DNA of 29,319 bases, from positions 1-29,319 of the forward strand of contig JAHQWW010000035.1 of assembly GCA_029856365.1 (NCBI GenBank), written 5' to 3'. This DNA comes from Candidatus Hodarchaeota archaeon (GTDB lineage: Archaea; Asgardarchaeota; Heimdallarchaeia; Hodarchaeales; Hodarchaeaceae). Below, in pieces: positions 1 to 8,235 of this stretch. Under the pieces are notes generated by a model. It did no database searches. It was not told the DNA's origin and worked only from the letters and a program-made list of their open reading frames with translations. The position numbers and the translations under genes are program-made. Position 1 is the stretch's first letter; each line of letters begins with the position of its first letter.

Positions 1-91
1 TTGTTGTATAATTAACCAAAATGACAACTATAATATACTGTCTTGTGAACAATTATCATCATAGGTAATAGTTAAATTTTATGTTAATTCA
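1..91. repeat. Copy 1 of dispersed intergenic element (truncated by window edge)
   Basis: 1-91 aligns without gaps to 2274-2364 with 6 mismatches (85/91, hand count). It lies just upstream of the flavin reductase gene. Confidence 0.9.
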
Positions 92-122
92 AAACTCATT
101 CTGAGTTATTTAGGTATTAAAG

Positions 123-752
123 GTGCGAAAAATGAAAAAAATAAATTTTCCTTTAAATAAAACGGAAACAGGAGTCTCTTGGCTCATTCCCGGAGCCTTA
201 ACTTTAGTTTCAACCTACAACTCGAAAAAAGAGCCAAATATAGCTCCTAAAAATTGGATTCACCCAGCTGCTTTCTCTCCTCCTCTTATTGTGTACTCAG
301 GACCGCTCTTTGCAACAACAGAAAAGAATATTATTGTAACAAAATGTTTTACCATAAATTTTGTGGATTCTTCTTTAGCAGAAATCGCTTGTAACTGTAT
401 AAGATGGTTTGGTAAGGAAAGGATTGCGAAGAGCAGCTTAAACCTTGTAGAAGCTTCGAAAATCAATGCTCCACTCATCGCTGAATGTAAAGCTCATCTA
501 GAATGCACCCTCTATAATATGTACATTCATGAACATGGTTTTGTAGTGCTAGGTGAGGTTGTCGCTGTTTCTATCTGGGACAAAATCCTACATTCAGGGC
601 CAGAGGAACAATACGAGCTATTAGATCTTACAATTCCCCGTCAAAATGGTATTTGTACCCTTGTTAATAAAATCAAACCAATTCATGGATTCTCGGAAAC
701 AATCCAGATCCATAAAAAGAAAGTGGAACAATATCTTAAGGAGAAATCTTGA
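123..752 (+). CDS. Flavin reductase family protein (Flavin_Reduct / DIM6-NTAB-like)
   Basis: Motifs LVSTYNxxxEPNIAP, SPPLI, TEKNIxxTKCFTINF, ASKINAPLIAECKAHLEC, VVLGEVV. The start may be the ATG at 132. Confidence 0.85.
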   Translation: MRKMKKINFPLNKTETGVSWLIPGALTLVSTYNSKKEPNIAPKNWIHPAAFSPPLIVYSGPLFATTEKNIIVTKCFTINFVDSSLAEIACNCIRWFGKERIAKSSLNLVEASKINAPLIAECKAHLECTLYNMYIHEHGFVVLGEVVAVSIWDKILHSGPEEQYELLDLTIPRQNGICTLVNKIKPIHGFSETIQIHKKKVEQYLKEKS

Positions 753-929
753 CTGTTTCAACAATATTCTAGTGTTTTCATATTGGTTTGGAGCACACAT
801 CTTGAAGAGGAAAATTTGAGGGAAATGTCCATTTTTGCGAACCTGATAAATTATCACACGCAGATCACTCCTACAATATTTCGGTGATTCTTGTAGATAT
901 ACAAAAAATTCCTGAAAAGGAAGAAATAA

Positions 930-1433
930 ATCCAAAAGGATGCATTTGAATGTATAGAACCTGGTGCTATATGTTTTCAACTGGATGTTATTTCGGATTC
1001 AGCACAACTTAAAGAATTAATTCGTCACATTCGCGACATTGGTGCTTGTGCCAGCCCTGTTATTGAGACAGTTGGTTCAGAAAACTTGATCCCTAAACCA
1101 AAAGAAGAAGTATTTACTCTTCTCGAACCAGTCTTGCATGAAATCGGAATGCTGACATTCCAAGCAGCGGGAACAGCCTCTCGGCCGAACGTGTCAGCGG
1201 GGACTTTTGATAAAGAAAAAGTTGGATCTTATGTGGAGTATTTTAAAGAGCGATTCAGTGGTACAATTCAAATCCAGGGGTGATAACCCCAAGCACCATC
1301 AGAGAGGCTGTAAAGCTTGGTGCAGAATTTTTGGTGAGTTGGAACACAGATTTTCCGTAATCAGAAGGGGTTAACCCCACCAGATGCAATAGATATAATG
1401 CTTATGGAAGCTGCTAAAGCTTTGATGATGTAG
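930..1433 (+). pseudogene. 5'-truncated, doubly frameshifted ribulose-phosphate 3-epimerase-like remnant
   Basis: Frame open 930-1283 (..ELIRHIRDIGACASPVI..IQIQG), continues in the -1 frame (ITPSTIREAVKLGAEFLVS), then returns to the original frame at 1341 (GTQIFRNQ..AKALMM*). This matches the RPE C-terminal pattern GG-I-xxx-T-I...GA..LV.G..IF. Confidence 0.7.
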
Positions 1434-1514
1434 TAACTAGAAAGTCCACCGGGTTGAGTCTTTAATTAGACTTAATTTCACCATTAATTTTTCTAATCCA
1501 GAGCTTAAATGCAG

Positions 1515-2192
1515 TTATATCTTATATAGTCTCTGTAGTTGCTCAAACAGTTGAGGATGACGTAGAAAGACTGTTAATAAGCATACAGACTCACTAATTA
1601 TGTTCAGTTTATCTAGATCAATTTGACTTGAAATGTCTGCAACAGATTTGTTTGTCTTAGTCTTTTCCAATATCTCCACATCAGTTTGGTACATAAGCTC
1701 ATATAATTGCCTAAAGAAGTTGAAAGAATCGGTTTTTTCAACTCTAGGTACTTGGAGTAGTTCGCTTATTATAATATTATAAAATTCTGAGAATTTTTTT
1801 ACACGATCAGTATTGTTTTCTATCTTTTTTTCTTCTGGACGAGGGACAAATATATTTGCAGTCCGCGAGTATAATTTTTCGGTCTGACGGCTGCCCTGGG
1901 TCATACGATGGCCTGAGACTTTCACAAGATTAGCCTTTTCCAATTTCTCTAAATGTTTATAGATTGTCTTAATAGTATAAGCATAGCTTTTCGTATTAGT
2001 ATCATAATAAAGTTTGTGTATCTCCTTAACCGACATATGTTTGTTTCGAAGAGTACGCATAATTAGAATATGCTGATAAATCAAATCCTTTTCTTTCTTA
2101 GTCACAAATTTGATTGGTTCAGGTTTATAGGTAATAAAATCCTGAATTTCGGTTGATTTTTCAGTTGCTTCATCTTGTGGGTTTTCTGACAT
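1515..2192 (-). CDS. Winged-helix transcriptional regulator (ArsR-like N-terminal wHTH, helical C-terminal domain)
   Basis: MSVKEIH...TIYKHLEKLEKANLVKVSG...TEKLYSRTA helix-turn-helix plus wing. Confidence 0.8.
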   Translation of the reverse strand: MSENPQDEATEKSTEIQDFITYKPEPIKFVTKKEKDLIYQHILIMRTLRNKHMSVKEIHKLYYDTNTKSYAYTIKTIYKHLEKLEKANLVKVSGHRMTQGSRQTEKLYSRTANIFVPRPEEKKIENNTDRVKKFSEFYNIIISELLQVPRVEKTDSFNFFRQLYELMYQTDVEILEKTKTNKSVADISSQIDLDKLNIISESVCLLTVFLRHPQLFEQLQRLYKI

Positions 2193-2212
2193 GTTCTGTC
2201 ACTTAAGGTTTT

Positions 2213-2412
2213 TTTTAGGTATATCCTAAAGCGTGATATACTCTTATTTCATATTTTATATAATTGTATCGCATTGTTATATAATTCACCAAAATGACAA
2301 CTCTAATATACTGTCTTGTGAACAATTATCAACACAGGTAATTGTTAAATTTTATGTTAATTCACGAATAATTTGTCAAATATCTTACTAAGTCTATAAT
2401 TAAACCTAAAAA
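2213..2412. repeat. Copy 2 of dispersed intergenic element; probable divergent promoter/operator region
   Basis: Core 2274-2364 matches 1-91, and the whole span aligns with small indels to ~4519-4712. It contains two TTATATAA TATA-like motifs (~2256-2263, 2277-2284), GACA-N12-TGTC (2296-2315) and the inverted repeat AACAATTA-N10-TAATTGTT (2321-2346). Confidence 0.85.
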
Positions 2413-2525
2413 ATCTAAAGGTATTATCATACAAAAAGGAATTTGTTAATGGAACCTACATTGTTATACCACTGGATAAGAATGTTATCGACTTCCGATG
2501 AGAGTAGACTTAAAAGAGTCATATA

Positions 2526-3155
2526 ATGCTAATGAAGTGGAGAAATAGTTTGATAAAGAGGAAAGCACTGAAATACGGAGTTTTTGAAGATATAGAAACT
2601 GTAAGAAGATATGATAAAGAAACTAGAAAATGGATGCGAAATACGTCAAAAACTTTCGTTTCTATGGTGAAGAAATGGCAAATGAATGAAAATTACGTTC
2701 TGGATGTGGGAACTGCGACAGGTCGACTTGCCATTGAATTTTCTAAAAAGATTCCTACCTTGGAAGTGATAGGTTTGGATCTTGCTGAAGTGGCATTAGT
2801 GGTGGCTAGGGAAAATGTCCAAAAAAGTGAAATCCCTTTGAATATTTCCTTTAAAAAAGGTGATGCGGAGGATATGCCCTTTGAGGATAGTATATTTGAT
2901 TTGGTAATCAGCAATAATACCCTTCATTTGATAAAGAATCCATTAAAGATGTTTAATGAAGTTCATCGTGTTCTTAAACCCACAGGCAGATTCATCATCA
3001 CCGATTATAAGAGGTCTTGGTTAGGAATATTCTGGAACCATATCAGAGCATCATATTCTCTGAAAGAGATAACAGATTTATTGAACCAATCGAACTTGCA
3101 AGAGTGGGAAGTAAAGGAGTCTCTCTTATCGCTGAATATATATTCTAAAGTGTAA
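2526..3155 (+). CDS. Class I SAM-dependent methyltransferase (UbiE/Methyltransf_11-like)
   Basis: VLDVGTATG motif I, IGLDL, GDAEDMPFEDSIFDLVIS, EVHRVLKPTGRFIITD. Confidence 0.9.
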   Translation: MLMKWRNSLIKRKALKYGVFEDIETVRRYDKETRKWMRNTSKTFVSMVKKWQMNENYVLDVGTATGRLAIEFSKKIPTLEVIGLDLAEVALVVARENVQKSEIPLNISFKKGDAEDMPFEDSIFDLVISNNTLHLIKNPLKMFNEVHRVLKPTGRFIITDYKRSWLGIFWNHIRASYSLKEITDLLNQSNLQEWEVKESLLSLNIYSKV

Positions 3156-3195
3156 TTAATCGTTATTATAACAGAAAGATATTGTGGTAAGTTAA

Positions 3196-3990
3196 ATGAC
3201 TAGAGAAAACGTTGAAAGAATCCAAAAAAAACTAACAACGATGACCAAAAAGTGGTGGTTTTTTCTCCTATTTCTTTTCATACAATTTATTCCACCATTT
3301 GTATCCAAAGGTTATGATGTCTCCAAAACAGGAGAAATAATTGGTAATATTCTCAATAATGCGGTCATATCCTCTCTAGATTTTCTATATCCAATTTTTA
3401 AAATTATTCCCATATTATTGATCATTTCGATCTTCCTTTTCAAAGATAGAACGATAAATCTGTTTAATGTTTATGTAGCTATTTCTTATGTTCTCTTTGC
3501 ATTTCTTCAAAGTGTTGCCTTCACTGAACAACATGGGCTTGCGATCATCACAAGTAATCTTATTATGTTCCTTATCGTTGCCACTTTTTGGTTTTGGGAA
3601 GCAATTGCCAAGGAGAATGACTTTACTACCCAAAATTAGCAAATTTGGAAATATTGGGTGGTTCCATTAGCATTCTTGGCACTTTGGATGCCCGTGAATT
3701 CCGACACACTAATGCCAGATTTTGATCTGATTTACTTATTGACAAATATAGCTGGTCTTACTTTTTGTATGATGACCCCAGTGTATCTTGCAATACTTAC
3801 ACTATATCACCCTAAGGTTAACATAGCAACCCTAAGGGTTACAAGTCTTGCTGGAACAATTATCGGTTTATATAATATGTTGTTGAATTTTCTTATTAAC
3901 CCTAGCGTTCTTTGGTGGAACGGGGTATTACATATACCCTTGTTAATCATATCTGTCTATGGTTTAATATTATCGTTTCAAAAAGACTAA
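3196..3990 (+). pseudogene. Polytopic membrane protein split by a single in-frame TAG (3637-3639)
   Basis: ORFs 3196-3639 and 3658-3990 share a frame (offset 462 = 154 codons). The sequence reads NDFTTQN*QIWKYWVVPLAFLALWMP, with hydrophobic helices on both sides of the stop. Confidence 0.75.
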
Positions 3991-4056
3991 GAGAAGAAAG
4001 AGATTGAAAATGCTACTTTCCACAAGAAGATAAATAATGATAGGATTAGGGCACCT

Positions 4057-4425
4057 ATGAAGAAGGAAAAACCCCCTCTCGAGATAAAGATGTTAATAAT
4101 TTGTGAAATCATTTACGGTCTTTCTGTCTGGGGGGTAGCATTTTATTTCTGGTTACTTAATCCAAATTTTGAGTTTTGGCAAATTACCATAATTTTTTGG
4201 TCTATTGTACCTTATTCCCTCGCTTATTTTATATGGATAGGAGAGAAACGGGTCTGGAAGGTAGCGTTGATAATCGCAATTATTCTTATTCCAGGAAGTG
4301 CTGGATGGTGCTTTCTACGCAACAGTTGGACAGGTTTAGTTGATATAATCTGTAATATACCTATCATTTTTCTATTAACAAAACCAAAGGTAAAGGATTT
4401 TTTGAAAGGCAAAATTAAGGACTAG
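4057..4425 (+). CDS. Small hypothetical membrane protein (~4 TM)
   Basis: Four hydrophobic segments, basic N- and C-termini (LLTKPKVKDFL). Confidence 0.7.
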   Translation: MKKEKPPLEIKMLIICEIIYGLSVWGVAFYFWLLNPNFEFWQITIIFWSIVPYSLAYFIWIGEKRVWKVALIIAIILIPGSAGWCFLRNSWTGLVDIICNIPIIFLLTKPKVKDFLKGKIKD

Positions 4426-4472
4426 AATGAGGAAATACTCATTGTAAAGGAAAAAACTTGAAAAATAACGAT

Positions 4473-4508
4473 CCTCCTGAGGATGAGGCAATCAAGGTTG
4501 TACAGCGT
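4473..4508 (+). pseudogene. Aldo/keto reductase internal remnant (PPEDEAIKVVQR)
   Basis: Resembles the first helix of AKRs (..P.EEEAI.VV.RA.D.G). Only 12 codons, GC-richer than its flanks. Confidence 0.45.
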
Positions 4509-4518
4509 CAAGATTGTC

Positions 4519-4712
4519 TTTTGATGTATCTTAAAATGTGATATTATCATTCTATCTCTTATTTTATATTTGTTGTAACGCAATGTTATATGATTTACCC
4601 AAATAGTAACTCTAATATACTGTTTCGTAGACTGTTATCAATATAGGTTACCAATATAAATTCAGAATAATTTATTCAAATCTCCAATTAGGTTGATTGA
4701 TTGAATTCAAAA
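4519..4712. repeat. Copy 3 (most diverged) of dispersed intergenic element
   Basis: Shares colinear blocks with copy 2: tatc[c/t]taaa..gtgata, tattttatat, gca[t/a]tgttatat, aactctaatatactgt, ttatcaa.a.aggt, gaataattt..tcaaat. Confidence 0.75.
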
Positions 4713-4745
4713 CAGAAATAAAAAAAGAGAATAAGAAAAAAACAA

Positions 4746-4787
4746 ATGAAAATTGTGAGATTGGAAAAAACTGGCCTGAAGGTCTCA
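4746..4787 (+). pseudogene. Aldo/keto reductase N-terminal stub (MKIVRLEKTGLKVS)
   Basis: Near match to the canonical AKR start M.xxRLGKTGLKVS. Homology stops after 14 codons. Confidence 0.6.
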
Positions 4788-4886
4788 TTAAATACATTCA
4801 TATATAGTAATTCCCCTCTTAAGGTACTAGTAAAGAATTATACCTTTTCCATTAAGTAGCTTTTACACTAGAAAAGGCAGACAAGA

Positions 4887-5573
4887 ATGGTCTTTCTTAT
4901 GTTGTACAACTATCTCCTTGAAATCCAGCAAGACTGGCCTTTTTCTAGTTTATCCCGAAAATATCCTAAAGTGTTTATAAGTATTTGGCGTAATTCTCAA
5001 AGTGACATTTTAGAGTTGAGAGGCGAAACAACCACCCTTGAAAGAGCGATCTCAGACATTGAAAACGAACTGGGAACCATTATTAATATCTTCTCAGAAC
5101 TTAACAATGTTCAACTAGTTTTAAAACCGCGTAATAATTTTCAATACCCATTAGGCTCAATTCTTAACCATTATGACTGTCTTGAACTCCAACCTGTCAG
5201 GTATTTCGCTGGACGTGAAATTCGCAATATTTTGATTACACCTGATGCTGTCGGGTTAATCCTAGACAAGATACGGAAAAAGATTCCGGAAATCAAAGTA
5301 AAAGTGTTAAAGCTTGCTCCTTTGAAGAAGATCGACGGTCTCTATCCCCTTTATTTCCATTTACCTCTAGATGATCTAAAACAAGGTTTAACCCTTAAAC
5401 AACTAAAAGCACTGACCCTTGCTTTTAATAGCGGCTATTACGAGTTACCCCGCAAGATTTATCTAATAAATCTTGCAAAAGAGATGAACATTCATCGAAG
5501 AACCTTTGAAGAACATCTTCGTAAAGCAGAAAAAAAGGTTATGACTTATTTAATTCCCTCCCTGTTGTTGTAA
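4887..5573 (+). CDS. HTH-10 (bacterio-opsin activator-type HTH) transcriptional regulator
   Basis: C-terminal LTLKQLKALTLAFNSGYYELPRKIYLINLAKEMNIHRRTFEEHLRKAEKK is the HTH_10 signature (GYYxxPR...HLRKAE). Confidence 0.9.
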   Translation: MVFLMLYNYLLEIQQDWPFSSLSRKYPKVFISIWRNSQSDILELRGETTTLERAISDIENELGTIINIFSELNNVQLVLKPRNNFQYPLGSILNHYDCLELQPVRYFAGREIRNILITPDAVGLILDKIRKKIPEIKVKVLKLAPLKKIDGLYPLYFHLPLDDLKQGLTLKQLKALTLAFNSGYYELPRKIYLINLAKEMNIHRRTFEEHLRKAEKKVMTYLIPSLLL

Positions 5574-5716
5574 TTGGATTGTTGTAGTGAATGTTTAGCT
5601 CAAGAGGCTGATCTAGTTCAGAATTCTGAGATGATTCAATAGTTTAATTATTGAATTCTTAATTGTTGTGTTTCTATTATTAGACTAATAGTAATAAAGA
5701 ATAAAGGATGGATGCA

Positions 5717-5773
5717 ATGTGTAAACTTTTTGAATCAAAAAAAGCTTTAATTACTGGAATAAGTTCGGGCATC
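5717..5773 (+). pseudogene. Short-chain dehydrogenase/reductase N-terminal stub
   Basis: MCKLFESKKALITGISSGI matches the SDR Rossmann start K.ALITGxSSGI(G). The rest of ORF 5708-5890 is unrelated. Confidence 0.55.
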
Positions 5774-5902
5774 ATCTTACAACATTATATTAAATTCAAG
5801 AGGGAATATGTTATTGGGGTCTATTATGTTATACCAAGAAATCTTCATGTCCATGGAAAAAAATTAAGCAATTATTTATCGTTAATATAATAAGGTTCTC
5901 AA

Positions 5903-6074
5903 TCAAGGCAGCAATGCTGCGCCCCTTAAAACGTCTAGGTCAACCGATGTCTCGTTTATTGCCAGATTTAAGCATAGATTATAGACTCTTAACATAATCC
6001 AAGTTGTGAGCGTTACAGGATAGTATTTTTTCAACAACTAGCATTAATTTCAAATATTTCTCTTCCATAGGCAT
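5903..6074 (-). pseudogene. HD-domain phosphohydrolase 5' remnant, frameshifted
   Basis: MPMEEKYLKLMLVVEKILSCNAHNLDYVK, frameshift at ~5985, then VYNLCLNLAINETSVDLDVLRGAALL. It breaks exactly where the HD dyad should follow. Confidence 0.7.
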
Positions 6075-6123
6075 ATTTTAAACTTTCTTTTCGAAGAGAG
6101 GAATAGAGAATCATTAGTGTTAT

Positions 6124-6140
6124 ACCCGCATAAGGAGGGT
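6124..6140. promoter_or_regulatory. Candidate regulator site ACCC-N9-GGGT upstream of a TATA-like box for the DUF362 gene
   Basis: GC-rich inverted repeat in an AT-rich intergenic region, followed by TTTTTATTAA at 6146-6155. Confidence 0.3.
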
Positions 6141-6213
6141 GATACTTTTTATTAAGGGAATGTATTCATATTAGCGTAATGAAAGAGGTTGAAATGCGAA
6201 CTGGTGTGGGATT

Positions 6214-7833
6214 ATGACTCTTTTGAATAAGCTTTCTTGCCCTCATTTTAATTTTAGGACATTGAACAGGGAGAGGCTGAAGAATAGTCTGCTTTTCTTT
6301 AGTCTAGTAAATCTCTGTTGGTTAATATTCCGTACAGGTTCAAAACCCTCAAGAATAGTATATCCGTGCCAGCGGGCAGCTGCGGGTAACATTTCATTCG
6401 CATTAAGTACACTTGTTCCACTCTCAATAACTGCTCCTTTCTTTACGACAATTAAGAATTTCTTGACGAAAAACAAGTATGTCATCCTACCAATTCTTAT
6501 ATTTGGAATGATCAGTGGCGAGCTTTTTTGGGGAACACTTACTCCCAATCCTTCTCAGGAAATTCAGCTGACGATTGAATCCAAAAATGCATCTGTTTTT
6601 CCAGCATCAGATATCTATGTGTTGAACGGACAAACAACCGCGCATATTAGTGAATTAATCAATCTAATGAGCTTACACGATTTATTCTTTTATAAGTCAA
6701 GTGTTATGGGAGAAAACCAGGGATCTAAAGGTTTAATTGCATGTGATAATATTGTATTGCTTAAAATCAATTCACAGTGGGATGAGCGTGGGGGAACCAA
6801 CACAGATCTCCTAAGAGAGCTTATACAAACCATTGTTGATCATCCAGACGGCTTTATAGGTGAAATAGTTGTAGCTGACAACGGACAAGGTTACGGAAGT
6901 ATGGATTATACAAAAAACAACGCTGAAAATAACTCACAGTCAACCCAAGACGTTGTTGACATGTTTTCATCTATGTACAATGTTTCAGCGTATTGTTGGG
7001 ACGATATTAGAGGTAGCGGCGTTGATGAGTATTCCGAAGGAGATATGACCGATGGTTATGTAGTCTATGATACAGCCGATCCAGAAACAGGGATCTACGT
7101 CTCTTACCCCAAGTTCAAAACAGAGTTTGGAAGCTACATTAGCTTTAAACATGGTTTATGGAACGGAACTGGATACGAAAATCGATTGAAAGTCATAAAT
7201 TTACCTGTCCTAAAATCACACTGGACTTATGGAGTCACTGCATCCTTAAAAAACTACATGGGTGTGCAATCGGAAGGTTTGAATGGAGGATTAGCTAATG
7301 GACATACAACCGTTGCAACTGGTGGAATGGGCACATTACTGGTAGAATGTGGACTACCAACACTTAATATTATCGATGCAATCTGGGTAAACGCAAACCC
7401 CTATCCTGATTTATACTGTGGGCCATCTACAAGCTATTACATGGCCACAAGAGTTAATATGCTTATAGCTGGAGTAGATCCTGTTGCTCTAGACTTTTGG
7501 ACTGCAAAACATATCCTTGTCCCGACTGCAAGCTCTATCGGATATGATAGAACTCAAACTCTAAACCCAGAAAACACGGAGAAAAGAGGTTTAGAAGAAG
7601 CATTTGGCGTTTGGCTAGACCTAACGAAAGATGAATTATTGAGAAGTGACTACAATGTTACTAGTGATGAGAATCGCATGAATATTATAACGAATTCTTC
7701 CTCAATAAGTTCTCGCTCAGCAGGCTCGCCAATCTCAGGTTTTGAACTAATATTAACGGTCTTAAGTCTCACAGTGATTATTTTCTTGTTTTCGCGAAGA
7801 CAAAGAAAATTTAGTCCGCATAAATCATGTTAA
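6214..7833 (+). CDS. Membrane-anchored/surface DUF362 domain protein with C-terminal CTERM-like sorting tail
   Basis: N-terminal WLIFRTGSKPSRIVYPCQRAA with hydrophobic helices; DUF362 motifs VLLKIN, EIVVADNG, INLPVLKSH..GVTASLKNYMG, NIIDAI, DPVALD; C-terminal Ser-rich linker, ISGFE, TM helix, RRQRK. Confidence 0.8.
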   Translation: MTLLNKLSCPHFNFRTLNRERLKNSLLFFSLVNLCWLIFRTGSKPSRIVYPCQRAAAGNISFALSTLVPLSITAPFFTTIKNFLTKNKYVILPILIFGMISGELFWGTLTPNPSQEIQLTIESKNASVFPASDIYVLNGQTTAHISELINLMSLHDLFFYKSSVMGENQGSKGLIACDNIVLLKINSQWDERGGTNTDLLRELIQTIVDHPDGFIGEIVVADNGQGYGSMDYTKNNAENNSQSTQDVVDMFSSMYNVSAYCWDDIRGSGVDEYSEGDMTDGYVVYDTADPETGIYVSYPKFKTEFGSYISFKHGLWNGTGYENRLKVINLPVLKSHWTYGVTASLKNYMGVQSEGLNGGLANGHTTVATGGMGTLLVECGLPTLNIIDAIWVNANPYPDLYCGPSTSYYMATRVNMLIAGVDPVALDFWTAKHILVPTASSIGYDRTQTLNPENTEKRGLEEAFGVWLDLTKDELLRSDYNVTSDENRMNIITNSSSISSRSAGSPISGFELILTVLSLTVIIFLFSRRQRKFSPHKSC

Positions 7834-7863
7834 TTTTATAATAGAAAGAGAAGATACCTATTA

Positions 7864-7974
7864 TTACCCGAAAAGTCTACGTTCTCTCTCTTCTGGTTTC
7901 ATTGTCAGATCTTCAAACTCCTTTTTGATAAACTCCTTCCCCAGAGCTGTCTCTGTTACTTTTAGATTGTCGGT
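7864..7974 (-). pseudogene. Orphan 3' gene end of unknown protein
   Basis: TDNLKVTETALGKEFIKKEFEDLTMKPEERERRLFG followed by a double TAA. Coding-like composition but no convincing start. Confidence 0.35.
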
Positions 7975-8039
7975 TAATGAAGGAAAAACTTCAACAATCT
8001 TATTAGAAATTACGAGGTAAAAACTCATTCAAGGCTTTA

Positions 8040-8196
8040 TCTTTGGTTGGTTATATCTTGAATCCAATAGTGTTTGGCCATGCGCCCTTGTACACTCCTT
8101 TAATAACTTGATTCATCTATGACTTTTCGATTTAGCAATTCATCAAGAACCCACACTATTACAAAGTTCGTTAATTGCAATTGGACCTATTCTTTT
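8040..8196 (-). pseudogene. Degenerate winged-helix remnant
   Basis: Three frame-shifted pieces, KRIGPIAINELCNSV / VWVLDELLNRKVIDES / RSVQGRMAKHYWIQD, reconstruct a wHTH pattern (GP..x.EL...L..L...I....GR....Y). Confidence 0.4.
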
Positions 8197-8235
8197 TGTT
8201 TGGTTTGTTCTTTATTGGAAAGGATGTTTTTATGG

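Noticed and set aside
621-980. 119-aa minus-strand ORF sharing a RFLLK.LFHFLFMDL.CF motif with ORF 8504-8956
   Set aside because: The shared peptide is only the antisense of the duplicated flavin reductase 3' end; a shadow ORF.
1281-1283. TGA as a possible selenocysteine codon
   Set aside because: Homology continues in a different frame, so this is a frameshift rather than read-through; no Cys-equivalent context.
2409-2526. Short frames upstream of the methyltransferase (KNLKVLSY...VIDFR* and MEPTLLYHW...RVI*)
   Set aside because: Could be another 3' remnant or a leader peptide, but too short and unrecognisable to support.
3809-3840. ACCCTAAGG direct repeat and AACCCT-A-AGGGTT palindrome
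   Set aside because: Inside coding sequence, short and plausibly chance.
1-4712. Repeats as a CRISPR array or integron attC sites
   Set aside because: Units are 90-200 bp and kilobases apart with no spacer periodicity. I found no RYYYAAC...GTTRRRY-bounded attC stems after genes, and no cas or integrase gene.
5618-5629. Perfect palindrome TCAGAATTCTGA downstream of the HTH-10 gene
   Set aside because: Single occurrence with no clear promoter or terminator context.
5923-5946. PLKRLGQP on + strand resembling the SDR C-terminal motif
   Set aside because: It is the antisense of VDLDVLRG in the longer and better-supported HD-domain remnant on the - strand.
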